A stretch of DNA of 50,590 bases from Candidatus Hydrothermarchaeales archaeon (GCA_036444275.1 JAZGAD010000006.1:1-50590), one strand, 5' to 3'; shown: positions 1 through 8,145, counted from the first letter of the stretch. Numbers and translations are program-made. Notes: generated from the sequence alone by a model not told the origin.

Positions 1-1061
1 CCATGGGCACTAGAGCTGGAGCCGAGATGACCAGCTTCGAGATGCGTTTCTGTGCCATCAGGATAAAAGACATAAACGCCCCTATAGGCACGATAGCAGT
101 CGGCTTCAAGGCACCTGTGATCAATGCCAAGAATGAGAAATTCATGCAGACCAAATACGCCCATATTGGAGGAGAAGCAGCTCCAACGCCGCTGCGCGTC
201 CATGGGCCTATGGAAGAGGTGCGTGAGGGAAGAGGCCCCTGCTACATAGACACCCGTGGTATAAGCAAGGAGCAGGTGAGGGCGCTGAAAGAGGACTACC
301 TAGACGAGTATCCAACTTTGGCATTATACCTCGCCTCCAAGGATATAGACCTAGAGAAAGAACCCCTGGAGATATACGGCACAGACCCATACATCGTCGG
401 CGGGCACTGCAACTCCGGCTACTGGATCAACACTGATAGAAGCACAACGTTAAAAGGACTCTTCGCAGCTGGAGACGTGGCAGGCGGAGTAGGAAGCAAA
501 TTCGTCGGAGGATGCTTCGCCGAGGGAATGATAGCCGCCAATTCAGCATTGGAATACATCGCAAATCTCAATGTAAAAGTCAGAGAAGAGCAGGTGGAAG
601 CTGAAAAGAAGAGGATATTCGCACCTCTGGAAAGATGGAAGTCAGGAGAAGGTGGTGTAACGCCCAAAGAGATGGAGGCGCGGATGCAGAAGGTGATGGA
701 CGAATACGCTGGCGGAGTCCATTATTTTTACCAGTTAAGCGAGGACAAGCTGAGGATCGCATTGAAAGAGATAAATGGGCTGAAGGGACAGGCGAAGTAC
801 CTCATAGCAAAGGATACGCATGAGCTCATGCTGGCACACGAAGTCATAGACCGCCTGGATGTAGCCGAGGTGCTTTTACAGCACATGATATTCCGCAGGG
901 AGACGAGATGGCCGGGCTACCACACGCGCATAGACTACCCAGAGCGCGACGACGAGAAGTGGCTTGCCTTCGTAAACTCTAGAAAGAACCAAACTGGAGA
1001 GATAGAGGTATTCACCAGGCCGTATGAACAACTCGTGCCTGGAGACCGATACAAGCCGTGA
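1..1061 (+). CDS. aprA: Adenylylsulfate (APS/PAPS) reductase alpha subunit, 5'-truncated by the window edge
   Basis: Fumarate-reductase-family flavoprotein C-terminal half: GAEMTSFEMRF, GLFAAGDVAGG, RETRWPGY..R.DYP..DD..W..FVNS. Directly followed by aprB and sat. Confidence 0.9.
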   Translation, partial: MGTRAGAEMTSFEMRFCAIRIKDINAPIGTIAVGFKAPVINAKNEKFMQTKYAHIGGEAAPTPLRVHGPMEEVREGRGPCYIDTRGISKEQVRALKEDYLDEYPTLALYLASKDIDLEKEPLEIYGTDPYIVGGHCNSGYWINTDRSTTLKGLFAAGDVAGGVGSKFVGGCFAEGMIAANSALEYIANLNVKVREEQVEAEKKRIFAPLERWKSGEGGVTPKEMEARMQKVMDEYAGGVHYFYQLSEDKLRIALKEINGLKGQAKYLIAKDTHELMLAHEVIDRLDVAEVLLQHMIFRRETRWPGYHTRIDYPERDDEKWLAFVNSRKNQTGEIEVFTRPYEQLVPGDRYKP

Positions 1062-1068
1062 GGAAAAA

Positions 1069-1386
1069 ATGATTGTAGTAGATTTAGAAAAATGCACCGG
1101 GTGCAAGGGACGGAAAGAAGCTCTATGTGTAGAGATCTGCCCAGGTGATTTAATGGCAATAGATAAAGATACGAAGAAAGCTAGAATACGTGAGCCAGGC
1201 GACTGCTGGGACTGCATGGCCTGCGTCAAAGCGTGCCCCTTCAAGGCACTGGCGACGAGGCTGCCCTACCCATTGGGCTACTATGGAGCCAGCTTAGTAC
1301 CAACTAAAACTGGAGACAAGATCGTGTGGGAGCTCACAGATATCAAGGGCAACAAAGAGGTATTCGAGAGGAAGGTGAAGCTATGA
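1069..1386 (+). CDS. aprB: APS reductase beta subunit (short 2x[4Fe-4S] ferredoxin)
   Basis: CTGC...CVEICP and CWDCMACVKACP motifs. Start moved to the ATG at 1069 after GTGAGG. Confidence 0.88.
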   Translation: MIVVDLEKCTGCKGRKEALCVEICPGDLMAIDKDTKKARIREPGDCWDCMACVKACPFKALATRLPYPLGYYGASLVPTKTGDKIVWELTDIKGNKEVFERKVKL

Positions 1387-3260
1387 AACGTCAGACACCA
1401 GTCGGAGGAAAGCTAGTAGATAGGATGTTGAAGGGAAAGAAGAGCGAGAGCGCTGCAGATGAAGCACTGGAGATGTCCTCTATACACGTAGGCCAGGACT
1501 CTACTATAACCCTGGAGATGATTGCTACAGGCGTCCTCAGCCCATTAGAAGGATTTTTAAAAAGCGAGGACTATCGCAGCGTCCTCTATGAGAAGCGCTT
1601 GGCAGATGGTACGCCTTGGACCATACCCCAGACATTCGCACCTTTTGGAGACGGCAGGGAAGAGCTAGTCAAAAAAGTGAAGGAAGGCGAAGACATAGCG
1701 CTCGTGGACGATGACTCAAAGCCTGTTGCCATTCTGCACGTGGAAGAGAAGTTTACCTTTGATAGGGAGGAGCGAGCAACGCAGATATTCGGCACCACTG
1801 ATAAGGGGCATCCAGGCGTGGACCACATCTACAGGAGGATGAGCGACACAGCTTTGGCAGGGAAGATAGACATGCTCAGGCGCCCATTGTGGGGTCCGTT
1901 TGAGAAATATAGATTAGAACCCAAGGATACCTGGAGGATATTCTACGAGGAGAATGGATGGAACAGCATCGTAGGCTTCCAGACAGCAAATCCCCTGCAC
2001 AGGGGACATGAGTACCTCCAGAAATGTTCTTTAGAAATATTCGACGGCCTCTTCATAAATCCAATCGTGGAGACAACGAGGAAGGCCTACTTCAGAAACG
2101 AGTTCAGGATAAAGGCATACGAGGCGGCTCTCAATCTCTACTACCCAAAGGAGAGCGTTGTATTCGCACCTCTCAGGGTGATCATGCGCTACGCAGGTCC
2201 AAGAGAGGCGATAATGCATGCCTTGATAAGGAGGAACTACGGGTGTACGCACCTCATACTGGGGAGGGATCACGCAGGCTTCGCTAACTACTACCCGAAA
2301 TATGCAGCCCAGGAGATATTCGGCGAGTTCGAGAACGGCGAGCTAGGCATAACGCCGCTCTTCTTCAGAGAAGCGTTTTACTGCACGAGGTGTGCCTCGA
2401 TAGCTACTGAGAGGACATGCCCGCATTCAGGCGAGTACCACGTTACCATGAGCGCCTCCTCGACGCAGGAGATATTCAGGTACGGCTACGTGCCTCCTAA
2501 AGAAATTATGCGGCCGGAAGTGGCGCAGGTAGCGATGCAGGGTATACAGCCAAAGGGCGTGGACAAGAACGGCTGGGCGTTACAGCCGCCTGGTGATACG
2601 ATAAAGGGCTTGTTCCCCTTCTACTTAACCCACCAGAGGCTCGGGGGCTATCCCAGGCGCGAAGCCCTTGATCCTAAATCGTTGACTGTAGAAGACTTGA
2701 GGACTGCTCTTCTAGATGTCAGGAAGAATGCCGACAAAATATATGATGGAGTATATGAGGGAATAGCGCACTACTTCGACATCTCTAGAAGCATAGCGTC
2801 GAGGCAGAGAAGCGAGACCCAAGAGGAGGCGATTCTCAGGCAGAAAGACTTGATTTCTGCTCTGGAGGAAAAGGTGAAAGTAGCCTCTGAGAAGGTCCAT
2901 GATCCATTCATGTACCAGGATAAAGCAGAGGCAGAGAGAGAGCTGAGGGTAGCCAAGCTCATCCTGGGAGACCTGCAGAGGCCGGGCCCAGAAGAATTCA
3001 CATCCCGAATATGGAATCCCATGGAGTTCGAGGCCTACCGCCATACCTTAGACATCACCGGTGAGATCTGCCCTGATACGCTCGTCGAGACCCAGAAGAA
3101 GATTGACGAGATAGCAAACGGCGACGAGCTCGCTGTTATAACGGACTACAAGCTTGCTACCGAGACTATACCCAGGTGGGCGAAGAAGGAGGGATATGAC
3201 GTACAGGTAGAGAAAAAGGGGAATAGATGGGAGATCCTCATTAGAAAGGTGAAGAAATAG
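1383..3260 (+). CDS. sat: Sulfate adenylyltransferase with an extra internal helical region and a C-terminal TusA/SirA-like domain
   Basis: SPLEGF, FQTANPLHRGHE, MRYAGPREA..HA.IRRNYGCTH.I.GRDHAG, MRPEV. The C-terminus LDITGEICP...IRK is TusA-like. ATG at 1383 overlaps the aprB stop (ATGA). Confidence 0.9.
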   Translation: MKRQTPVGGKLVDRMLKGKKSESAADEALEMSSIHVGQDSTITLEMIATGVLSPLEGFLKSEDYRSVLYEKRLADGTPWTIPQTFAPFGDGREELVKKVKEGEDIALVDDDSKPVAILHVEEKFTFDREERATQIFGTTDKGHPGVDHIYRRMSDTALAGKIDMLRRPLWGPFEKYRLEPKDTWRIFYEENGWNSIVGFQTANPLHRGHEYLQKCSLEIFDGLFINPIVETTRKAYFRNEFRIKAYEAALNLYYPKESVVFAPLRVIMRYAGPREAIMHALIRRNYGCTHLILGRDHAGFANYYPKYAAQEIFGEFENGELGITPLFFREAFYCTRCASIATERTCPHSGEYHVTMSASSTQEIFRYGYVPPKEIMRPEVAQVAMQGIQPKGVDKNGWALQPPGDTIKGLFPFYLTHQRLGGYPRREALDPKSLTVEDLRTALLDVRKNADKIYDGVYEGIAHYFDISRSIASRQRSETQEEAILRQKDLISALEEKVKVASEKVHDPFMYQDKAEAERELRVAKLILGDLQRPGPEEFTSRIWNPMEFEAYRHTLDITGEICPDTLVETQKKIDEIANGDELAVITDYKLATETIPRWAKKEGYDVQVEKKGNRWEILIRKVKK

Positions 3261-4121
3261 ATGAAGAAGGGAGTAATATCCCAGAGGCAGGAGGGTTACG
3301 TCACTCTACGCCTGCCGAGCAGCGGCAGGATAAGTTCTGAACAGTTAAGAAAGCTTGCCGACGTAGCAGGCGAAGAAGGAAAGGGCTTTGCGCTTTTAAC
3401 AATGCGGAAGAGCGTGGAGCTGCCCTGGATAAAAAAGGAGTCGGCAGAGAGAGTTATCGACGAGCTCAATGAAGTAGGTTTGAAGCCGGGTTCCACGGCC
3501 AGAGAGATCAGGGAAGTGATGGCTTGCGCAGGCCAGGAGCGGTGCCCGTTTCTCCAGCTTGAAGTAGATAGTGTTGGGGACGAGATAAGAAAGAAGTGGT
3601 ACGGCAAGGAGATGCCGAGGAAGTTCACTATCACTTTGTGCGGCTGCCCGAACTACTGTTCCCATCCATATCTCAACGACTTCGGGATAGTGGGAAGAGC
3701 GCGTCCGAGGATAGTGATTGAGAAGTGCATTGGCTGCGGGCAGTGTGTGCGCCTATGCAGGGGCGATGCAGGCGGGGCGCTTACGCAAGAAGGTACTAAG
3801 ACACCTGAGATAGACTACGACCGCTGTATAGAATGCGGGTGGTGCATAACCAACTGCCCTACAGGCGCGATGGAGGCAGAGAAGTTCGGATGCACGATTA
3901 CAGCAGGCGGGAGAGGCGGTACCAAGCCGAGGATAGCCACTGAGATAATCAGGATTGCAAGCGAAGAGGAGATGTTCAAGATCCTGGAGCGGGCCATTCA
4001 ATATGTCAAAGAATACGCAGATGGTACTGAAAGGCTGGCTGACATCATGGAAAAAAGAGGCGTAGAACACTTCATGGAATATGCGCTCCCAAAAAGCAGG
4101 GAGGTGAACGAGGATGACTAA
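3261..4121 (+). CDS. Siroheme-[4Fe-4S] sulfite/nitrite reductase-like protein (Dsr-like/AsrC/Fsr-C type) with ferredoxin insert, paralogue 1
   Basis: CAGQERC (Cx5C) and GCPNYC (Cx3C), DFGIVG, two CxxCxxCxxxC motifs, GGRGG..P. Confidence 0.85.
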   Translation: MKKGVISQRQEGYVTLRLPSSGRISSEQLRKLADVAGEEGKGFALLTMRKSVELPWIKKESAERVIDELNEVGLKPGSTAREIREVMACAGQERCPFLQLEVDSVGDEIRKKWYGKEMPRKFTITLCGCPNYCSHPYLNDFGIVGRARPRIVIEKCIGCGQCVRLCRGDAGGALTQEGTKTPEIDYDRCIECGWCITNCPTGAMEAEKFGCTITAGGRGGTKPRIATEIIRIASEEEMFKILERAIQYVKEYADGTERLADIMEKRGVEHFMEYALPKSREVNEDD

Positions 4122-4992
4122 GCTCAGGGGAGGCATGGGGCTGCTTGCTCAGAGCCAGAAGGACTATGTTACAATACGCCTTCAAGTCACAAGAGGCAAA
4201 TTAAGCATTGAACAGCTCAATGGCATAGCTGACGTGCTGGATAACTATGGGAAGGGCTTCGCCATACCAACGATACGCAAGGGACTTGAGATTCCTTGGA
4301 TCAAATTTGAGGACTCGCCGAAAGTGCTAGAAGAATTCAAGAAGCTGGGATTGAAAGCAGGCTCCTGCGGCACCAAGATAAGAACCATCGTTGCATGCGC
4401 AGGCATGGACCACTGCCCACTCGGCCTAGTAGACATAGAAGGGGCATATGCAAAGCTTAAAGACGAATACTATGAGCGCGATACACCCACGAAATTCAAG
4501 ATCTCTATTTGTGGCTGCCCAATGGCATGCTCGCATCCCCACATAAACGACTTCGGAATAATAGGCAGGATACGCCCAAAGATAATAGCCGAAAAATGCG
4601 ACGGATGCGGCATCTGCGCCCGGGTATGCAAGGGTGAAGAGGCTGAAGCAAAGTATAAGGTGGAGCAGGATGCCATCGTCGAGGGAAATCCACCAAAGAT
4701 AGACTACGACCGATGTATCGGCTGCGGACTTTGCATGAGAAGCTGTCCTAGAGAAGCTATAGCGGCAGAGGAAGCTGGCTTTGCCTTATTCATAGGTGGA
4801 AAAGGCGGGAGGCACCCAAGGTTTGGAGAGGAAGTCGTCGGCTTGGTGAGCGAAGAGGAGATGTTCCGCATACTGGACAAGACTCTAAAGTACTTCAAGA
4901 AATTCGCCCAGGGCAAGGAGCGCATTGTCGAGGTGATTAATAGGAAGGGTATAGAGCATTTCAAGAACTATGTGCTGGAGGGAGGAGAATGA
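4114..4992 (+). CDS. Siroheme-[4Fe-4S] sulfite/nitrite reductase-like protein, paralogue 2
   Basis: CAGMDHC, PTKFKISICGCPMAC, two ferredoxin motifs, GGKGGRHP. Colinear with the upstream paralogue. Confidence 0.85.
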   Translation: MTKLRGGMGLLAQSQKDYVTIRLQVTRGKLSIEQLNGIADVLDNYGKGFAIPTIRKGLEIPWIKFEDSPKVLEEFKKLGLKAGSCGTKIRTIVACAGMDHCPLGLVDIEGAYAKLKDEYYERDTPTKFKISICGCPMACSHPHINDFGIIGRIRPKIIAEKCDGCGICARVCKGEEAEAKYKVEQDAIVEGNPPKIDYDRCIGCGLCMRSCPREAIAAEEAGFALFIGGKGGRHPRFGEEVVGLVSEEEMFRILDKTLKYFKKFAQGKERIVEVINRKGIEHFKNYVLEGGE

Positions 4993-6056
4993 GGTTCGAG
5001 GAGCTTAAAAAAGACATTATAGACCCTGGGTTCTGTATACACTGCGGCGCATGTACAGCTTTCTGTAACAGGCTCAAGTTGAACTTGAAGCCAGAGCTTG
5101 TAGAGGAGTGTGTCGCAACCTGTTCATCGCCCTACGGAGAGCACGGGCTATGCTATGAGCACTGCCCTATGGTGAGGGTAATAGAAGCGAGGCATATCTT
5201 TCCGCAAGGCGAGGGCGGCATACTAGGCAACTACAAGGGCATAAAGTCAGCTAGATCCAAAGAGGATGAAGTCTTAAAGAATGCGCAGGACGGTGGAGTA
5301 GCGACCTCTATACTTGCTGCCGCATTCAAAACAGGGAAGATAGACGCAGCGCTCATCGTGGGCAGAGACGAACTCTGGAAGAGTGCTCCAAGGCTTATAA
5401 CCTCGCTTGACGAGCTCAAGGGGAGCGGGGGATCCAAATACACTGAAACGCCAGCTGTGCACCTGCTCGGCAAAGCATCGAGAGACGGTGCGAAGAGTAT
5501 TGCAGTGGTTGCTGTGTCCTGTCAGATCCAGGCTTTAAGGAACTTGGAATACAGCCTCCTATACCCGGACGGCTTCTCCCCCTATTCTGATTTAAAAATA
5601 TACGTAATAGGCTTATTCTGCTCAGGCGCATTCAGCTATGAGCGACTCCTTCAAAAGCTGGATGTCGATCCCAAGGAGATAGAGAAGATGGATGTCGAGG
5701 AAGGGGATTTTACTCTACACTACAACGGCAAGGTCAAGAAGATACCTTTGAAGGAGCTGAAGGACGCGATGATGCCCAGCTGCCGCCTATGCAGGGATTA
5801 TACTGCTAAGCTGGCTGACATTTCACTCGGCTCTATAGGGACAAAACCGGGATGGACTACTGTGATAGAGAGAAACCTGAAGGGATGGGGATTGCTCCGG
5901 GATGCGCAAAACGAGGGCCTGGTCGAGGTCAAAGAGGATGTCGACAAGGAAAAACTTGAGAGGATTGTGAAGAAGAGGCTGGATAGAATCGAGAAGAGGA
6001 TAAAGAGGAGGCTGGAAGAAAAGCTGCCTTTGCCCCCGGTCACTTTCCAGGAATAA
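4989..6056 (+). CDS. F420H2 dehydrogenase / F420 hydrogenase beta-subunit family protein (FrhB/FpoF/Fsr-N-like)
   Basis: N-terminal ferredoxin CIHCGAC, AQDGGVATS, GSKY, CQIQALR, IGLFC, CRLCRD..A..ADISLGS.G...GWTTVI.R. Confidence 0.88.
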   Translation: MRFEELKKDIIDPGFCIHCGACTAFCNRLKLNLKPELVEECVATCSSPYGEHGLCYEHCPMVRVIEARHIFPQGEGGILGNYKGIKSARSKEDEVLKNAQDGGVATSILAAAFKTGKIDAALIVGRDELWKSAPRLITSLDELKGSGGSKYTETPAVHLLGKASRDGAKSIAVVAVSCQIQALRNLEYSLLYPDGFSPYSDLKIYVIGLFCSGAFSYERLLQKLDVDPKEIEKMDVEEGDFTLHYNGKVKKIPLKELKDAMMPSCRLCRDYTAKLADISLGSIGTKPGWTTVIERNLKGWGLLRDAQNEGLVEVKEDVDKEKLERIVKKRLDRIEKRIKRRLEEKLPLPPVTFQE

Positions 6057-6405
6057 AACAAGCGTCGCATCCCTCAGGTACAAGAGCATGTTGTTTATGG
6101 GGTCCGCAGAGCGTGCGATCAGCCTTCACCTGCCCGCAGATCCTGCATATATCTAGGATCATATTCCCCTCCTTGTTCTCCACTATCTTTTCAGCCAGCT
6201 CGCTTATGGCTTTCTTCACGCCTTTCTTTAGCGCTATCTTGCTTCCTCTCTTCTTCTTCATGTACTGGGAAACAGCTGCTTCGGTCATACCCAGGCGCTG
6301 GGAAACCTCCCTCTGGTTCAGGCCACGATCTACGAGTTCCTTCGCTAACTCGGACTTTATACTGGGCAGGACATACCAAACCACAAGCTCGCACGGTGAT
6401 TTCAT
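6040..6405 (-). CDS. Archaeal HTH transcriptional regulator with Cys/His-rich C-terminus
   Basis: PCE..VWYVLP.I...LA..L..GL.Q..V...LG.T.AAVSQY..KRG, then CxxC...C..H...CxxC. Confidence 0.8.
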   Translation of the reverse strand: MKSPCELVVWYVLPSIKSELAKELVDRGLNQREVSQRLGMTEAAVSQYMKKKRGSKIALKKGVKKAISELAEKIVENKEGNMILDICRICGQVKADRTLCGPHKQHALVPEGCDACFIPGK

Positions 6406-6453
6406 ATTACCTCAAGCCAGACTTAACACCTGTTAAGTTTCTTAGAACTTCAG

Positions 6454-7137
6454 CTAGATCTTTCTTAAAATGTCTATTGTTATGCGGTGGTACTCCCTCC
6501 TAGGAATGATCTCTATCTTGGCGCAGTTTATACCACCCATGCCCCAGATATCAGCTACCACGTCACCTACTACATGTGGTATAGTACGTTCATCCAGGCC
6601 ATCGAGATAAGGCGTTCTCGCTCTTACTACTTCCATGATCTTCTCCTCTTCGAAAGAAAATTCGTAGAGCAGTTTACCGTGTGATACGCAGACTTCGAAT
6701 TCATCGCTGGGCGAGACTTTGATGGTGCCGTAAGGAGAAGAGAATTCGGCTTCTCTAGCGATGCCTACTTTTGCCCTTTCTTTGTCTTCTACGGTTGCGT
6801 CTACTAATTTGTTGTATAGCTTTGTATCAAGGGTGCCATAGGGATTCCCTATAACAGAGGAGGGCGGCAGACCAAGCTTTAATGCGTCTTTGAAGCTCTG
6901 CCTGCTCAGGTCATATTTGGTTGCGGTGCCGTATACCTTAGCAGAGGTTACACCCGCTAGGAGGAGGCACCCGAGTACATGCTCCACCAAAAAAGCTGCT
7001 TTATCCCCAAGCATTAGGTCGACACGGTAGTCGTTTCTAGTGACATTTGCAAGCGTTGCAGGGATGTCATTTATCAAGAATCCTCTGCTATGGGGTAATA
7101 TCTTGAGGTAGTCGGTCTCTACGGTATCACTTAACAT
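6454..7137 (-). CDS. Hypothetical protein with LpxC-like zinc deacetylase motifs
   Basis: LVEHVLGCL, ARTP, HVVGDVVADI and a C-terminal H occur in the same order as the LpxC motifs VEH, ARTF, HKxLD.xGD and GH. Confidence 0.55.
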   Translation of the reverse strand: MLSDTVETDYLKILPHSRGFLINDIPATLANVTRNDYRVDLMLGDKAAFLVEHVLGCLLLAGVTSAKVYGTATKYDLSRQSFKDALKLGLPPSSVIGNPYGTLDTKLYNKLVDATVEDKERAKVGIAREAEFSSPYGTIKVSPSDEFEVCVSHGKLLYEFSFEEEKIMEVVRARTPYLDGLDERTIPHVVGDVVADIWGMGGINCAKIEIIPRREYHRITIDILRKI

Positions 7138-7738
7138 GTGATTTGACTATGATTACGCCGTCGCTGGAGTCCATATCGTCTGTCGTAATCGTCCTCTTCT
7201 CTTTTCCCCTGATAGCTAGGAAGTCTATTAACTCGCCCTTTTTGTCCACGGTAACCGACTCCACTTTACCCAAGTACTCCCCGAACTCATTGTAGACCTC
7301 CTTACTGATGAACTCATGGTGAACTCCGCCTATCCCCATCGGAGGCTTCTTTATTATCATTACATCGTCCACAGCAGTAAGTTGCTCCTTAGGCAGTACC
7401 TCCTTTTCGCCTTCTAGGTCAAACCTCTCCACCTCGCCTTCAGCAATTTCCACGCCCTTGAGCCTACCGATGTACTGTCCTGCCTCAGAGAACGCCTTGA
7501 GCTCCGGCACCTTCTCCAGTTTCGAGCTCAGGCTGATGAGTGCTATCCCGTTGGTGATCAGTACTATTGAGGGTAGGAAGAGGAAGATGGTAAGGGTCTT
7601 TATCGCACCTAGACTGAAAGGAGGGGACACTTCAGGGGTGAAAAGAGAAGTAGCGAAGGAATAAAATTTGAGAGGTAACCACAGGGCTATCACTCCCAGC
7701 AGAATATTGAGGATCCCTATACCTCGAATAGATCTCAT
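7127..7738 (-). CDS. Membrane protein with C-terminal PRC-barrel domains
   Basis: Two hydrophobic N-terminal segments, plus G.YIGRLKGV and EVYNEFGEYLGKVESV PRC-barrel signatures. Confidence 0.7.
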   Translation of the reverse strand: MRSIRGIGILNILLGVIALWLPLKFYSFATSLFTPEVSPPFSLGAIKTLTIFLFLPSIVLITNGIALISLSSKLEKVPELKAFSEAGQYIGRLKGVEIAEGEVERFDLEGEKEVLPKEQLTAVDDVMIIKKPPMGIGGVHHEFISKEVYNEFGEYLGKVESVTVDKKGELIDFLAIRGKEKRTITTDDMDSSDGVIIVKSHVK

Positions 7739-7816
7739 AGTGGCTCAATGAAGAATCGTCTTTCCTCTAATATAAATGTTTAGCTTTCGGACTGTCGGAC
7801 CTATGGACATGGACCC

Positions 7817-7843
7817 AGTAGATCACAATGTAGAACCGGTACC
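7817..7843 (+). repeat. Direct repeat copy 1 (27 bp)
   Basis: AGTAGATCACAATGTAGAACCGGTACC; 25/27 identical to 8860-8886. Confidence 0.85.
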
Positions 7844-7949
7844 AGACCCAGACTAGGAACATTAATTTTAGTTAATCGCTATATATTTAGGATACATAAA
7901 ATGGGGAGTTCTTCGCACCTGTATCTATACATGTATCTATAAAAGTTGA

Positions 7950-8040
7950 TGTAAATGTTGTTTTCCACAATGTAAATATATACTTACATAATGGAAAACT
8001 TTATATACTAGATGTCAAATATATTATCCATGATGGAAGT
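7950..8040 (+). promoter_or_regulatory. Promoter with phased palindromic operator array (21-bp period)
   Basis: TGTAA-N8-TTACA at 7971-7988, with related half-sites starting at 7950, 7992, 8013 and 8034. TATA-like TTTATATA near 8000-8007. Confidence 0.65.
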
Positions 8041-8145
8041 GGTGAATGCGAAACCGTATACCTCCACCCATAGGCAGGGATGGCCTCCTTCCACTTTTTC
8101 TCAAATCATCCCTGCCTCCACTTTCCATCTTAAGGGATTTTTATC

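Noticed and set aside
3261-4992. Calling the paralogues dsrA and dsrB
   Set aside because: They are under 300 aa, lack DsrA/DsrB-specific N-terminal regions, and no dsrC/D is adjacent.
7767-7862. 31-aa minus-strand ORF MFLVWVWYRFYIVIYW... spanning repeat copy 1
   Set aside because: It has no clear SD and overlaps the likely promoter of the PRC-barrel gene. The second repeat copy has a stop and no start.
7950-8040. Periodic repeats as a possible mini-CRISPR
   Set aside because: The period is only 21 bp, the units are degenerate, there are no spacers and no cas genes. An operator array fits better.
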